From Mobula birostris (lineage: Eukaryota), in assembly GCF_030028105.1 (NCBI RefSeq), contig NC_092378.1:107497731-107561730 (forward strand): DNA of 64,000 bases, given 5' to 3'. Within the stretch, counting starts at the first letter, position 1. Every line of letters begins with the position of its first letter. Of the stretch, positions 1 through 10,284 are shown piece by piece. The notes beneath the pieces were generated by a model. That model saw only the letters and a list, made by a program, of their open reading frames with translations, searched no databases and was not told where the DNA came from. The translations under genes were made by a program, and so were the position numbers.

Positions 1-500
1 GCGGTACCCCACTAGTCACTGCCTGCCATTCTGAAAAGGTCCCGTTTATTCCCACTGTTTGCTTCCTGTCTGCCAACCAATTCCCTATCCACATCAATAC
101 CTTACCCCCAATACCATGTGCTTTAAGTTTGCCACTAATCTCCTGTGTGGGACCTTGTCAAAAACCTTTTGAAAATCCAAATATACCACATCCACTGGTT
201 CTCCCCTATCCACTCTACTAGTTACATCCTCAAAAATTCTATGAGATTCGTCAGACATAATTTTCCTTTCACAAATTATGTTGACTTTGTCCGACGATTT
301 CACCGCTTTCCAAATGTGCTGTTATCACATCTTTGATAACTGACTCTAGCAGTTTCCCCACCACCGATGTTAGGCTAACCAGTCTATAATTCCCTGGTTT
401 CTCTCTCCCTCCTTTTTAAAAAAGTGAGGTTACATTAGCCACCCTCCAATCCTCAGGAACTAGTCCAGAATCTAAAGAGTTTTGAAAAATTATCACTAAT
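1..500 (-). mobile_element. CR1-type LINE ORF2 (RT) fragment
   Basis: ORF 94..303 encodes VDVVYLDFQKVFDKVPHRRLV, the CR1 RT motif; degraded; runs off the window edge. Confidence 0.85.
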
Positions 501-504
501 GCAA

Positions 505-1650
505 GGACAATTTGCAGGTGAGTCAATAGTAAAGAAGTGAATTAGCATTCATTTTGGAAGGATTAGAATATAAAAACAAATATATAATGCTGTGGTTTAA
601 GTCATAGGTCAGACTGCATTTGGAATATTGTGAGCAATTTTGGATCCTGTCGCTAAAGAAGAGAGCTTAGTAGGGTCCGGACACTCACAAGAATGATCAC
701 AGGAATGAAAGGCTTAACACATGAGGACACAATTTCTATGTATATTAAGAGAAAAATGGGTAAAAGATTAGAGTATTTTCCCTTTAGTAATATATATATA
801 TACAGCTACAAGTAAAGAGTACAGTCTTAAATGTGTATTTCTCATCTGTCTTTACTGTGGCAAAGGATATGAAACCTGGTGAGTTCAGGGAGAATTTCAA
901 TGATATCCTGAAGCATATTGACATACTAAAGACGAGGCATTTGCAGTCAAAGCTCATAATACATAGTGTATATATCTCCAAGATACTGATATCAAGTTGC
1001 TCTAATCACAGAAGGAAAATTTGCTTCTTCGAGTGGACTTTCAGGAAATATATTGCAGGAAATTTTGGCATTGCATAAACCAATTGAATGTTCCAACTTC
1101 AGTGTTCCAGATGGGAAAAAGCAAATTCCTCTATCCACAATGATATTGAAAGAGATAATAATGATGATTTTGTCTCCCGGATGTTGAATTTTTAGGATTA
1201 TGTGATCGCATATTTAAAGCTGCATTGGTAATTCTGTTTTAGAAAACAAAATGCTTTTTCAGGATTAAGTTTTATGGAGAGCCAGAATTACTTTTCACAT
1301 TTTCTCTGGAGTGTAGACAGCTGAGGGGTGACCTGACAGAGGTGTATAAATCAAGAAGGGAATCAATTGGTGGTCATAGTGTTTATCTGAGTGTAGGACA
1401 GTCTATACTCAGGCACCAGAAGAGAAACTTTTTCACACAGAGTGGAGGGTATATGAAATGAGCTGGGAGAGCAAGCTGTAGAGACATGTATAATTACACT
1501 GTGGAAGAGACATTTAAACAGTTCCACTGTTCGAGATGGTTTAGATGGATATGAGCCAAATGTCAGCAAACGTGAGTGACTAGGTCAGATAGACATTAGT
1601 TGGTATGAATGAGTTTGGCTAAGTGGACTGTTCCCTTGTGGTATAAATCT
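505..1650 (+). mobile_element. Mosaic of old CR1 LINE fragments, present in both duplication units (paralogous pieces approx. 37620-37740 and 38690-39930)
   Basis: YFSSVFTVAKDM...ILKHIDI (833..) and a CR1-like 3' region (ctgaggggtgacctgacagaggtgtataa). Confidence 0.6.
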
Positions 1651-2007
1651 ATATTTTAAATGTAAAGCTTGCTTTGAGTAGTGAGTCATGATATGTTGTT
1701 GAAGTATTAAAGCCATACGGAAATATTTCGATCTCCTCTTTCAAATATTTTGCTGTTCAGAATCTGAAATTGATTCATTTACAATGGATTGAAAAGTAAC
1801 TTCCATGCAAACAAACATTTGTTGGCTCAATGCTTTTATGTCCAAGTTCTTTCTCCACTTTGTTGTTATCTAGTGATAGAGGTAAACAGACCCTGCAGTA
1901 TTGTTTGTGTTCTTGTAAGAGGACATATCTGACAGATATATTTCTGAAATTGTGTATACTTAATAAATCAGCCACAGCAAATGATAAAACATTAATAAAA
2001 ATGAATG

Positions 2008-2013
2008 TTTATT
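2008..2013 (-). promoter_or_regulatory. Polyadenylation signal (AATAAA) of alpha-globin copy 1
   Basis: AATAAA on minus strand ~100 nt after the stop; conserved in the paralogue at 40316-40321. Confidence 0.7.
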
Positions 2014-2112
2014 TAGTTTAGTTTACCAATTATGCCAAAATTTAATCAATGACAAAATGTGGAATTAAATGTTGATCTCGCTGTTGTTCACCGTAATTTG
2101 TTGATTGCATCT

Positions 2113-3067
2113 TCAACGGTACTTGGAGCTCAATTCATGTGCGAGCAACTCAAGGAATTTGTCGACAGCACAGTGAGTTGCAGGGGTGAACGCAGGCAAG
2201 TGAATGGCCAGGGTAACTGTGATACAATCAGCCAACAGCTGTAAAAGAGAAAAATTATAAAAATGAGGCAGTGTTAGCATTTGCAACTCATGATTTTACC
2301 CATCAAATGAATGTTGGTTGTTTGTACTTTGACTGCTTTGCTGTGTATCGTGTAGAAGGAAAAAGTATTCCCTGCAAAGCTGAACAAGACTACACTTCCA
2401 GATAGCTGAAGTTGCAACTAAATAAAGTTGAAAGTTCAGAGTTGCTGATCTAATCACAATATCATAGTTTGTGTAATGACAATGAGGAAGAATCTGTAAA
2501 ATTGTTACATACCTGAAAGTTGTGAGGATCCACAAGAAGTTCTTCACCATGTCTCTTGGCAAGCTTTTCCAGGTGTTTACTCAGGTTGTCCACGTTATGG
2601 GCTGCATCCGCCACAGCTTCCATGACAATGCGACCATGTCTTCTGACAGGCTGGTCAGAGGCTTTGTAGCCATTGAATTTCGGGAAGTACGTCTTAGCTT
2701 GAGGGTGGATCTCAAACAACCTTCAGAAACATGGAAAGTGAAAGCAGAAATTATGTTCCAACACAATATACACTACATCTCACTTAGGATTAAATTCCAT
2801 TATTCTCCAGACCAGCAATCACATTATTTTGGAAAAACTTCAATCCTATGCAGAGAATATATTCGTACACTTATTAATGGTCTCAATGTGCAAGGGAAAT
2901 GCAAAGAAATATTAACAATTACAAATAATAGCTGAAAATGCAATAATTATACTGTGAATCTAAGAAAATTACCTGGCTAAAGCATCGGCACCCAAAGCTT
3001 CAGCATTTGCCTTGATGTGGTGGCCCAGTTCCTCTATAACGTGTTTGTTGGGGCCAGAGAGTACCAT
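2113..3067 (-). CDS. hba: Haemoglobin alpha chain, copy 1; complement(join(2113..2238,2513..2720,2973..3067)), 142 aa
   Basis: Spliced translation MVLSGPNKHVIEELGHHIKANAEALGADALAR/LFEIHPQAKTYFPKFNGYKASDQPVRRHGRIVMEAVADAAHNVDNLSKHLEKLAKRHGEELLVDPHNFQ/LLADCITVTLAIHLPAFTPATHCAVDKFLELLAHELSSKYR*. GT-AG introns at canonical globin positions (phase 2 and 0); CD1 Phe, distal His60, proximal His89; C-terminal KYR. Confidence 0.97.
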
Positions 3068-3134
3068 TGTTGCTGAGTTTTCACTTTTTCAGATCTCTCA
3101 ATAACCAGGAGATGCCTCTGGCTTGATGAGTCCA

Positions 3135-3340
3135 TATTTATTGTAATTCACACTGAGCCACACCCTCTCCACCCCACTTTTCTCATTGGTTGACAATAGT
3201 GAATAAAGAACCAATCGTCTGTTTCACATACAACTGTTAGCAAAGATATCCTGTCCAGAAGAGCTAAACACTACCTGCACATATTTCACTTGATGCACAC
3301 GTGTAAAGGTTTAGTTTATTGCCATATAAGTTATCAGTAA
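3135..3340 (-). promoter_or_regulatory. Alpha-globin copy 1 promoter: TATA-like AATAAATA, CACCC boxes, CCAAT box, GATA site
   Basis: AATAAATA ~3135-3142; CCACACCCT 3158-3166; CCACCCC ~3169-3175; CCAAT (attgg) 3185-3189; TTATCA 3331-3336. This is the motif set typical of vertebrate globin promoters. Confidence 0.75.
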
Positions 3341-3397
3341 ATGCACATTAATAGTCATTAATCAATATGTGTTTCCAAACTAACCCTGTTATAATAA

Positions 3398-3520
3398 TCC
3401 CTTACTCACTCTTCCTTCAGTTAGTCCTGACGAAGGGTCTCGGCCTGAAACGTCGACTGCACCTCTTCCTAGAGATGCTGCCTGGCCTGCTGCGTTCACC
3501 AGCAACTTTTATGTGTGTTG
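3398..3520 (+). mobile_element. Short retroelement terminus (Penelope-like/SINE-like) with 13-bp TSD
   Basis: TSD cctgttataataa at 3385-3397 and 3521-3533; absent at the paralogous site ~41725-41745; the same terminal motif (gaagggtctcgg...agatgctgcctggcctgctg) recurs in the window. Confidence 0.8.
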
Positions 3521-4708
3521 CCTGTTATAATAAGTTTAATTTGTTTTATCGTTATTTTGATCTGGGTCTTACATTGAATTCACCCATTCAAATTCATCCT
3601 CTTCCCCCTCAGTCTTTTTATTTCACAACTTGCGCAGGGGGACATGGTTTTCCAAAATCACAAGACACCTACTGTGTACACTGCACAGAAACCGATTGGG
3701 CAAAACAAGTTATAATGTAACCATAATGGACCAGGAAGTGTGTAGGTCTGGAATCACATGTATGTTATGCATTAGCATTTGGCTGAAGTACTTGGTTACT
3801 TCCAAGTCTATGAAAGGTGTCAGAATGTGAAGACCTGAGGGTGGCCAGGACAACTTTGGAATACTGGTCTGGAATTTCATAGACATGGGTGAACTGAGCT
3901 GATGTTACAGGCAGATTTGGAGAAGGGAACTCTACTGTGAGCTCAGCTCGGGTTTAAGGTTACAGGTCTGACCAAACAGTGGAAGGCAGACTGATGAAGT
4001 CAGTGGTCTGATATCAGAGATGTGCAGCCAAAGATTTTCAGTTCTTCCCGAAGCTCAGTTGGAGCAAAGTTCTATTCACTCATTGCCAGACATCAAATAG
4101 CTAGTGTGACTGAACAAAAGCAGTGGAAGAATCAATGGAGCTACAAAGAAATATAATATTGTGTGTTATTGTACCTATTCTGCATTTAAATTTTCCATGT
4201 TTTCTGAAGGTAGGCTGATAGGTAAATTCCAGTCCCAGTGTGGTTGAGTTTGAAGGCGGTTTTATTGATCACCAACATCTCACAGTGCGGAAGGAGCTGT
4301 GTAAAAAGACAGTACCTCTCAGTGTTCTCATGAAAGATGGATTCAAATGTTGATTAAAATTCCTTCAACTTGTAAAAGTGCTTCTGACAAATGAATGAAT
4401 AAATATACAAGCAATTATATAAAGACCTACCATATGTTGAAGATTAATTGCGTAACAACACAATAATAAGTAAACAGTAAGTAAGTACTGAGATCTCATA
4501 GCTAGAAATAAAGTGGTAAACCTAATCAGGTGGGACATAACAGAACCTAATGCGTTTTTGAAGTCACTGAGAAATATTTAGAACAGGTTATTTGAAGAAA
4601 TCTATTTTTTTTAAATCTTTTCATATTTAATTGAAATATTTTTGTGATTGGCCTGAATTAAATCTGAAATTGTGTGTAATAGTGATCTAACAATATCTAC
4701 TGAATATA

Positions 4709-4893
4709 CAGTGCTTATAAAAAGTATTCACACCCCCCCCCACCCCCAGAATTCTTCATGTTTCATTGTTTTACAATATTGAATCACAGTGGATTTAATC
4801 TGGCTTTTTTTGACACTGATCAACAGAAAATGACTCTTCCATGTCAAAATGAAAGAAGATCATGACAAAGTGATCTAAATTAATTACAAACAC
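4709..4893 (+). mobile_element. Tc1/mariner transposon left-end fragment
   Basis: TA|CAGTGCTTATAAAAAGTATTCAC, a typical Tc1 TIR start. Confidence 0.65.
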
Positions 4894-5470
4894 AAAGGCT
4901 TTAGACATTGGTGAGAGGGCGCTAGGAGTATTGTGAGCAGTTTTGAGCCCCTTATCTAAGAAATGATATGCTGGCATTGGAGAGGGTCCAGAGGAGTTTC
5001 ATGAGAATGATTCCAGGAATGAAAGAGTTAATGTATGGGGAGCGTGTGATGGCTCTAGGCCTGTACTCACTGGAGTTTAAAAGAATGGGGGGGTATATCA
5101 TTGAAAACCTATTCAATATTGAAAGGTCTATGTAGAGTGAATGTAGAAAGTATGTATCTTATAGTGGGTGAGTCACAATCCAGGGGTCACAGACTGTGCA
5201 TATACAAACATCCATTAAGAACAGAAATGAAGAGGAATTTCTTTAGTCAGAAGGTGCTGAATTTATGGAATTCACCGCTAGAAATGGTTGTGGAGGCCAA
5301 GTCATTCAGTACATTTAAAACAGTGGTTGATGGGCTCATCGTTAGTCATGGCATCAAAGGTTATGGGGAGAGGTCATGATAATGGGGTTGAGGAGGATAA
5401 TAGATCAGCCACGGTGGAATGGCAGAGTAGTGTCTTTGATCCGAATGGCCTAATTCTCCTCCTAGAATAA
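4894..5470 (+). mobile_element. CR1 LINE 3' end fragment
   Basis: ORF 5101 RTEMKRNFFSQKVLNLWNS = CR1 ORF2 C-terminus, followed by 3' UTR. Confidence 0.8.
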
Positions 5471-5870
5471 TGGACCATTCAGAAATCTGATGGTGAAGGA
5501 CAAGAAGCTATTTCTGAATCATTCAGTGTGGTCTTCAGGCTCTTGTACATCCTCCCTGGTGACTGTACTGATATGAGTGCATGTCCCAGTTGGTGAGAGT
5601 CCTCAGTGATGGATGCCATCTTCTTGAGGCATTGCTTCTTGACGATGTCCATGATGGTGAGGACTATTGTGGCAGTAATGAGGCTGTCAGAGTCAGTGAC
5701 ACTCTGCAGCCTTTTGCATTTTTCCACATTGGAGCCACTGTACCAAGCTATGATACAACCAGTCAGAAAGCTCTCCACCATCCAACTGTAGAAGTTCGTA
5801 AGAATATTTAGTGGCATTCCAAATCTCTTCAAACTCCAAAGTACAACTGTTGGTGTTCCCTCTTCATGAC
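5471..5870 (-). mobile_element. Rex1/Babar LINE 3' fragment
   Basis: ORF 5479..5832 ILTNFYSWMVESFLTGCIIAWYSG, the Rex1/Babar C-terminal motif. Confidence 0.75.
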
Positions 5871-5879
5871 TCTTTGTGG

Positions 5880-6260
5880 CCTTCTTTTTATTCTTAATTT
5901 CTCCCTGCTCCCTCTTCTATTCCCCATTATGGCCTCTTCCCTCTAATCCTCACCTGCCTATCACCTCCCTCTGGTGCTGTCTTTCTTCCCTTTCTCTCTT
6001 CTCACTTATCTGATTCCTTCCTCTTCAGCCCTTTATATTTTCCACCCAGCTGACTCCACCAATCACCTTCTAGCTTGTCCTCCTTCCCACCCCCTACCTT
6101 TCATTCTGGCATCTTCTCCCTTCCTTTCCAGTCTTGCTGAAGGCTCTTGGCCCAAATTGTTGACTGTTTATTCATTTCCATAGATGCTGCCTGATCTGCT
6201 AAGTTCCTGCAGCATTTTGTGTGTGTTGCTCTGGATTTCCTGCATCTGCGGAATCTCTTA
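5880..6260 (+). mobile_element. Penelope-like element 3' terminal fragment
   Basis: Pyrimidine-rich tract plus agatgctgcctga...agcattttgtgtgtgttgc terminus; tract resembles 11380-11600. Confidence 0.6.
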
Positions 6261-6914
6261 TGCTTATATATTATTTAGCTGTCTATCTAAACAACCATCT
6301 ATCTATCTATATATCTGCAGTTTTTACAATCAGAAGTAGAGCAGTTGTCAAACTAAGCCATGGTGCATCCAAATAGGATTGATAAAAATTGATCAGGACA
6401 AGTCCATTTTTTAACCCCTGAGGAAGTAGTGGTGAGCTTTCTCGGCCATGATGGACGAGGACAAGATATAAGAAAGACAAAAAAAAAACTATTCAACATT
6501 TACTTTATTAGTCTGATGCATCACAGCTTGGTTTGCAACTGGTCTGACCAAGACCGCTAAAAATTACTGAGAACTGAGATGGCAGCCCAGTCCTTCATGG
6601 AAACCAGCCTCCTCTCTGTGGACTCTGTTCACACTGCTCCCGAAGTCTTAGGAAAGCAGTCAACATCATCAAAAACCCCACTCCACCTCAGTCATTCAAT
6701 CGTTCAGAATGATTTATTTGGATGGCATGCAAAAGAAAGTTCTCTGTTACCTCAGTATATGTCACAATAATAAATCAATTACAAACTACACATTAAATGC
6801 TGATGCAAAAAAAAACTTACTGGAGGAAAAATATAATCCACAATGTAGGTAACTTCAGAAATAATGTCCATAAAGGAAATATTGCAACTGGAAAAGAATC
6901 TTAAATACAATAAC

Positions 6915-7520
6915 TCAGCTGGTAGAGCTGCAGCACAACAGCTTCAATGACCCAGGTTCAATCCTGACCTCTAGTCCTGGTGCGTGGCCAAGTGGTTAAT
7001 GCGCCCATCTAGTGATCTGAAGGTGGCTAGTTCGAGCCTTGGCTGAGGCAGCGTGTGTGTCCTTGAACAAGGCACTTAACCACACATTGCTCTGCGACGA
7101 CACTGGTTCCAAACTGTATGGGTCCTAATGCCCTTCCCTTGGACAACATCGGTGTCGTGGAGAGGGAAGACTTGCAGCATGGGTAACTGCCGGCCTTCCA
7201 TACAACCTTGCCCAGGCCTGCGCCCTGGGAACCTTCCAAGGTGCAAATCCATGGTCTCATGAGACTAACGGATGCCTAAAAAGTACTGACTCTGTGGAGT
7301 ATAGACACTTTCCCTGTGACCACATGGGGTTCTTCCAGGTGCCATAGTTTCTTCCCACATTCCAAAGGCATGCAGGTAGGTTAATGGGCTACTGTAAATT
7401 GCCCTTAGTTCAGCTCTGTGGTAGACTTGATGGAAATGTGGAGAGAATAGGGTTAATCATAAAATTAAACTAGTTTGGAATACATTGATGGGAAAATTAA
7501 TCTAGATGGGAACTAGCATG
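6915..7520 (+). mobile_element. HE1/V-SINE-like tRNA SINE interrupted by a second SINE
   Basis: ggtagagctg...ccaggttcaatcctgacc head; body resumes at ~7282 (tgtggag...ttccctgtgacc...ttcttcccacattccaaag...tgtaaattgccc). Confidence 0.6.
6979..7281 (+). mobile_element. tRNA-derived SINE (MetaSINE-like core) nested in the V-SINE
   Basis: A box tggccaagtgg, B box agttcgagcc, core gtgtccttgaacaaggcacttaac, short A tail; imperfect TSD agt(c/a)ctg at 6973-6979 / 7282-7288. Confidence 0.7.
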
Positions 7521-8805
7521 GATTTGAAGGGGAAACTGTTGCTTTTCTGTGTCTTAAGGAAATATGGAATATACTTACATACTTTAAAGGATCGCTGTTT
7601 CTAGACATTTCTTTATAGCAATACAGCAAAAGGGTGGGTGAAAATAGTTATTGAAAAGAAGTTTGAAACAAATGAATTCTTGTGAAATTTTCAAAGGACC
7701 ATAATTGAAGACTCCAAAAGGGCAGAAGAAGGAAAAGTGAGGGAAAGTGGAGACTGATCTGTGGACGTTATGTTTATTTAACAATTATGTCTTACAGTGC
7801 CAGGAAGAATGTGGCCAGTTGGATTTACTGTGGATCAAGATTGAAAGTGAATTTTGAAATGATCACAAGTTACAGAGGGACAGAGATTTTCAAGTAGAAG
7901 TCACAAATAAATTTACAATTTTATATCAAAAGACTAGTTCTTTCTTTTCTACTTTCAAACATAAAGGTATTAAACCAGTGCATCAGAGTGAAGAAGACTT
8001 GTGTGTCCTCTGCACTAACGATTTAAACACAAACAAGAGAAAATCCACAGATGTTGAAAATCCAAGCAACACACACAAAATGCTGGGGGAAGTTAGGCAG
8101 CATCTATGGAAAAGAGTACAGGCAACATTTCAGGCTAAGACCCCTCAATTTAAATATTTAGCAAACATTTAGGATTTTTCAATGTATAGTCCACAACATA
8201 TGACTTTTCACCCTCTTACTGCCCTCCTTATCTGAGCATAAAGTCATTCTGCTAAGACCAGTAGGTAAACATGTGTCCAGTGATCATTATGTTAGGAGGT
8301 TTATGTTCATTCATGGAATCACAGAGTAATGCAAAACTGGAAAATGCAGTTTACAGCACAAACCCTGTAACATGGAACAGTACTGCACTGGATCAAGCCC
8401 CTGGTCCATGATGCTGTGCTGAATTAATTAATATAATGACTCTAATTAAAATAAACGCGCTGTCCTCACATTGTCCACATACATTGATTCCCTGCAGCTT
8501 GTCCCAAAGTAACTGTACCAAGGGAAAGCAAAATATTGCAGTCACTGTTAGTCTGAAATAAAAAAAAACAAAGTGTTGGAGTTACTCAACAGAGTAGGCA
8601 GGCAGCACATGAGCAGAGAAAATATATCAACAACCTCTCATTAAAACTGGAAAAGTGGGAAAACAAGCATGTTTCAAGTTTCAGACAGTGGAGAGACCAG
8701 AGGGAAAATCTGAGCAAGGGTAGAGATGATTTCTCTCCAGTATTCACAAATGTTGAGTTTCCTGGAGGAATATAGGCAGGGAGATGAATGAAGATAATAG
8801 AGAGA

Positions 8806-9054
8806 CAAATACTTCCTTTGAATTACCTATAGTTTTCACACACCTCCATCTCCGCACCTACACTCTAGACACCCAAAATGAACGTTCATCGACATTGTCT
8901 GGTTTCCAATCAACTCCAGTCTACAGCCACTGGAAAAATATTGTTTAGGCTGCATTTAAGATATTCAATCTATCATCCACGTTCATGTGTGAAGATACTT
9001 AGCTGGTGAAATTAATATTTGTGCTGCATCTTAACTCCAGAATACACACTAACA
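8806..9054 (-). mobile_element. Partial copy of the solo LTR at 11744-12181
   Basis: Aligns to ~11940-12181 and ends at the same atacactaaca|gtatat junction. Confidence 0.6.
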
Positions 9055-10280
9055 GTATATAATAAGGCAAAGACAACCATAAGTTAACATAAACTTACAT
9101 TTACATGAATTATGGATAACTTATAATGTACAAAAATAAGCAATACTAGTGCAAGATTGAGAGGGAAAAACAACAGATCATTGTACCAATGATATCTCTT
9201 CCCTAATCTCAAATGTATAATTACAGCAGTCCTCTTTGACTTCCTTTTCAAATATATGTTGTACCATTGTACAATAAATAGGTGGGACTGAATTGTCAGC
9301 TGCTCTGTATTTCTCTTAAATATTTCCATTTTTTTCACAGTAACTCATTTTATTCTGCGGTAAAAATGCAGAAATACACAATTATGCAACTCACTCTCTT
9401 TGTACAATTTCTTTAATATTGAAGCCGTATCTATTATTTCACTTAGTGAAGAATATAATTATATAATATGTAACTTCAACTGTTAAATTATTTTAAATTA
9501 ATCAAAGTTAAAGTCTTGAAAAAAATTGGTTTAACAATGCAAAACTATGAAAACCTAAAGTGATATGATAGCTGATTTAGATGCCTGATGTTATTAATGC
9601 GTACAGTTATTTGGGCTACAGCTTGTTAAAACATTTGGAAAAGCTGTTTTGGATCATCAGAAGTTCAGAGATGGGGGGTGTAGGTTATCTAAAGACATCA
9701 GCTTCTTGGTGTGCCTAGATATCTGCAGGTTTGAAAAGTGTGGGACAAAGGATAATTACACTTATTTTTCTGAGAACAACCTTTCCAAGATAAAGAACTT
9801 AGCTTAAGATCACAGACAACAACTTTCTCTCCATATAGGGCTACCTTCCAATATTTGGTACAATGATTCAGCGAGTTGCAGCTGAACATTTGTTGATGAG
9901 TCATTGGAACTTTATCAGCTTTGTAGTGATGAATATACACAATAGAGCATTTCCAGAACATCCAAGTGCACGAGTCTTGCAGATGTATGATTGCGTACAA
10001 CTCAGTTATCAACCGTTGGTCCAGCCTTAAGCAAGTTGAACACCGTGTTTCAATATTTACAAACTGATTATTTCAGCAGACTTCAATGGTAGAACTCAGG
10101 ACATTTACTGTGCATATATTTTTACCAGTATATATCTAGCTTAAAGTGAAGCTAGAGAGAATAAAGCAAATATAACTGAATTTGATGCTAGATTATTTCT
10201 TAAAGTTGCAGGTGTTGGAGTATTCTTCAGTCTCCCATGTTTCCTCACGTGGACAGGTGAGAGATCCAAAGAACAGACAC
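9055..10280. promoter_or_regulatory. Conserved non-coding block, copy A (candidate erythroid enhancer)
   Basis: Also at ~15135-16150 and ~46010-47190. Motifs: TTATCT 9685, AGATAA 9788, CAGCTG 9879, TGAGTCA 9897-9903, TTATCA 9912 and 10006. Confidence 0.5.
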
Positions 10281-10284
10281 TAAA

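Noticed and set aside
2522-2935. Plus-strand ORFs overlapping alpha exons (also 2059, 40340, 40827, 31112)
   Set aside because: Antisense shadows of globin exons, with no independent coding evidence
9698-10012. 104-aa ORF in the triplicated block as a hidden exon or gene
   Set aside because: Frame not preserved in the other two copies (indels, stops) and no recognisable domain
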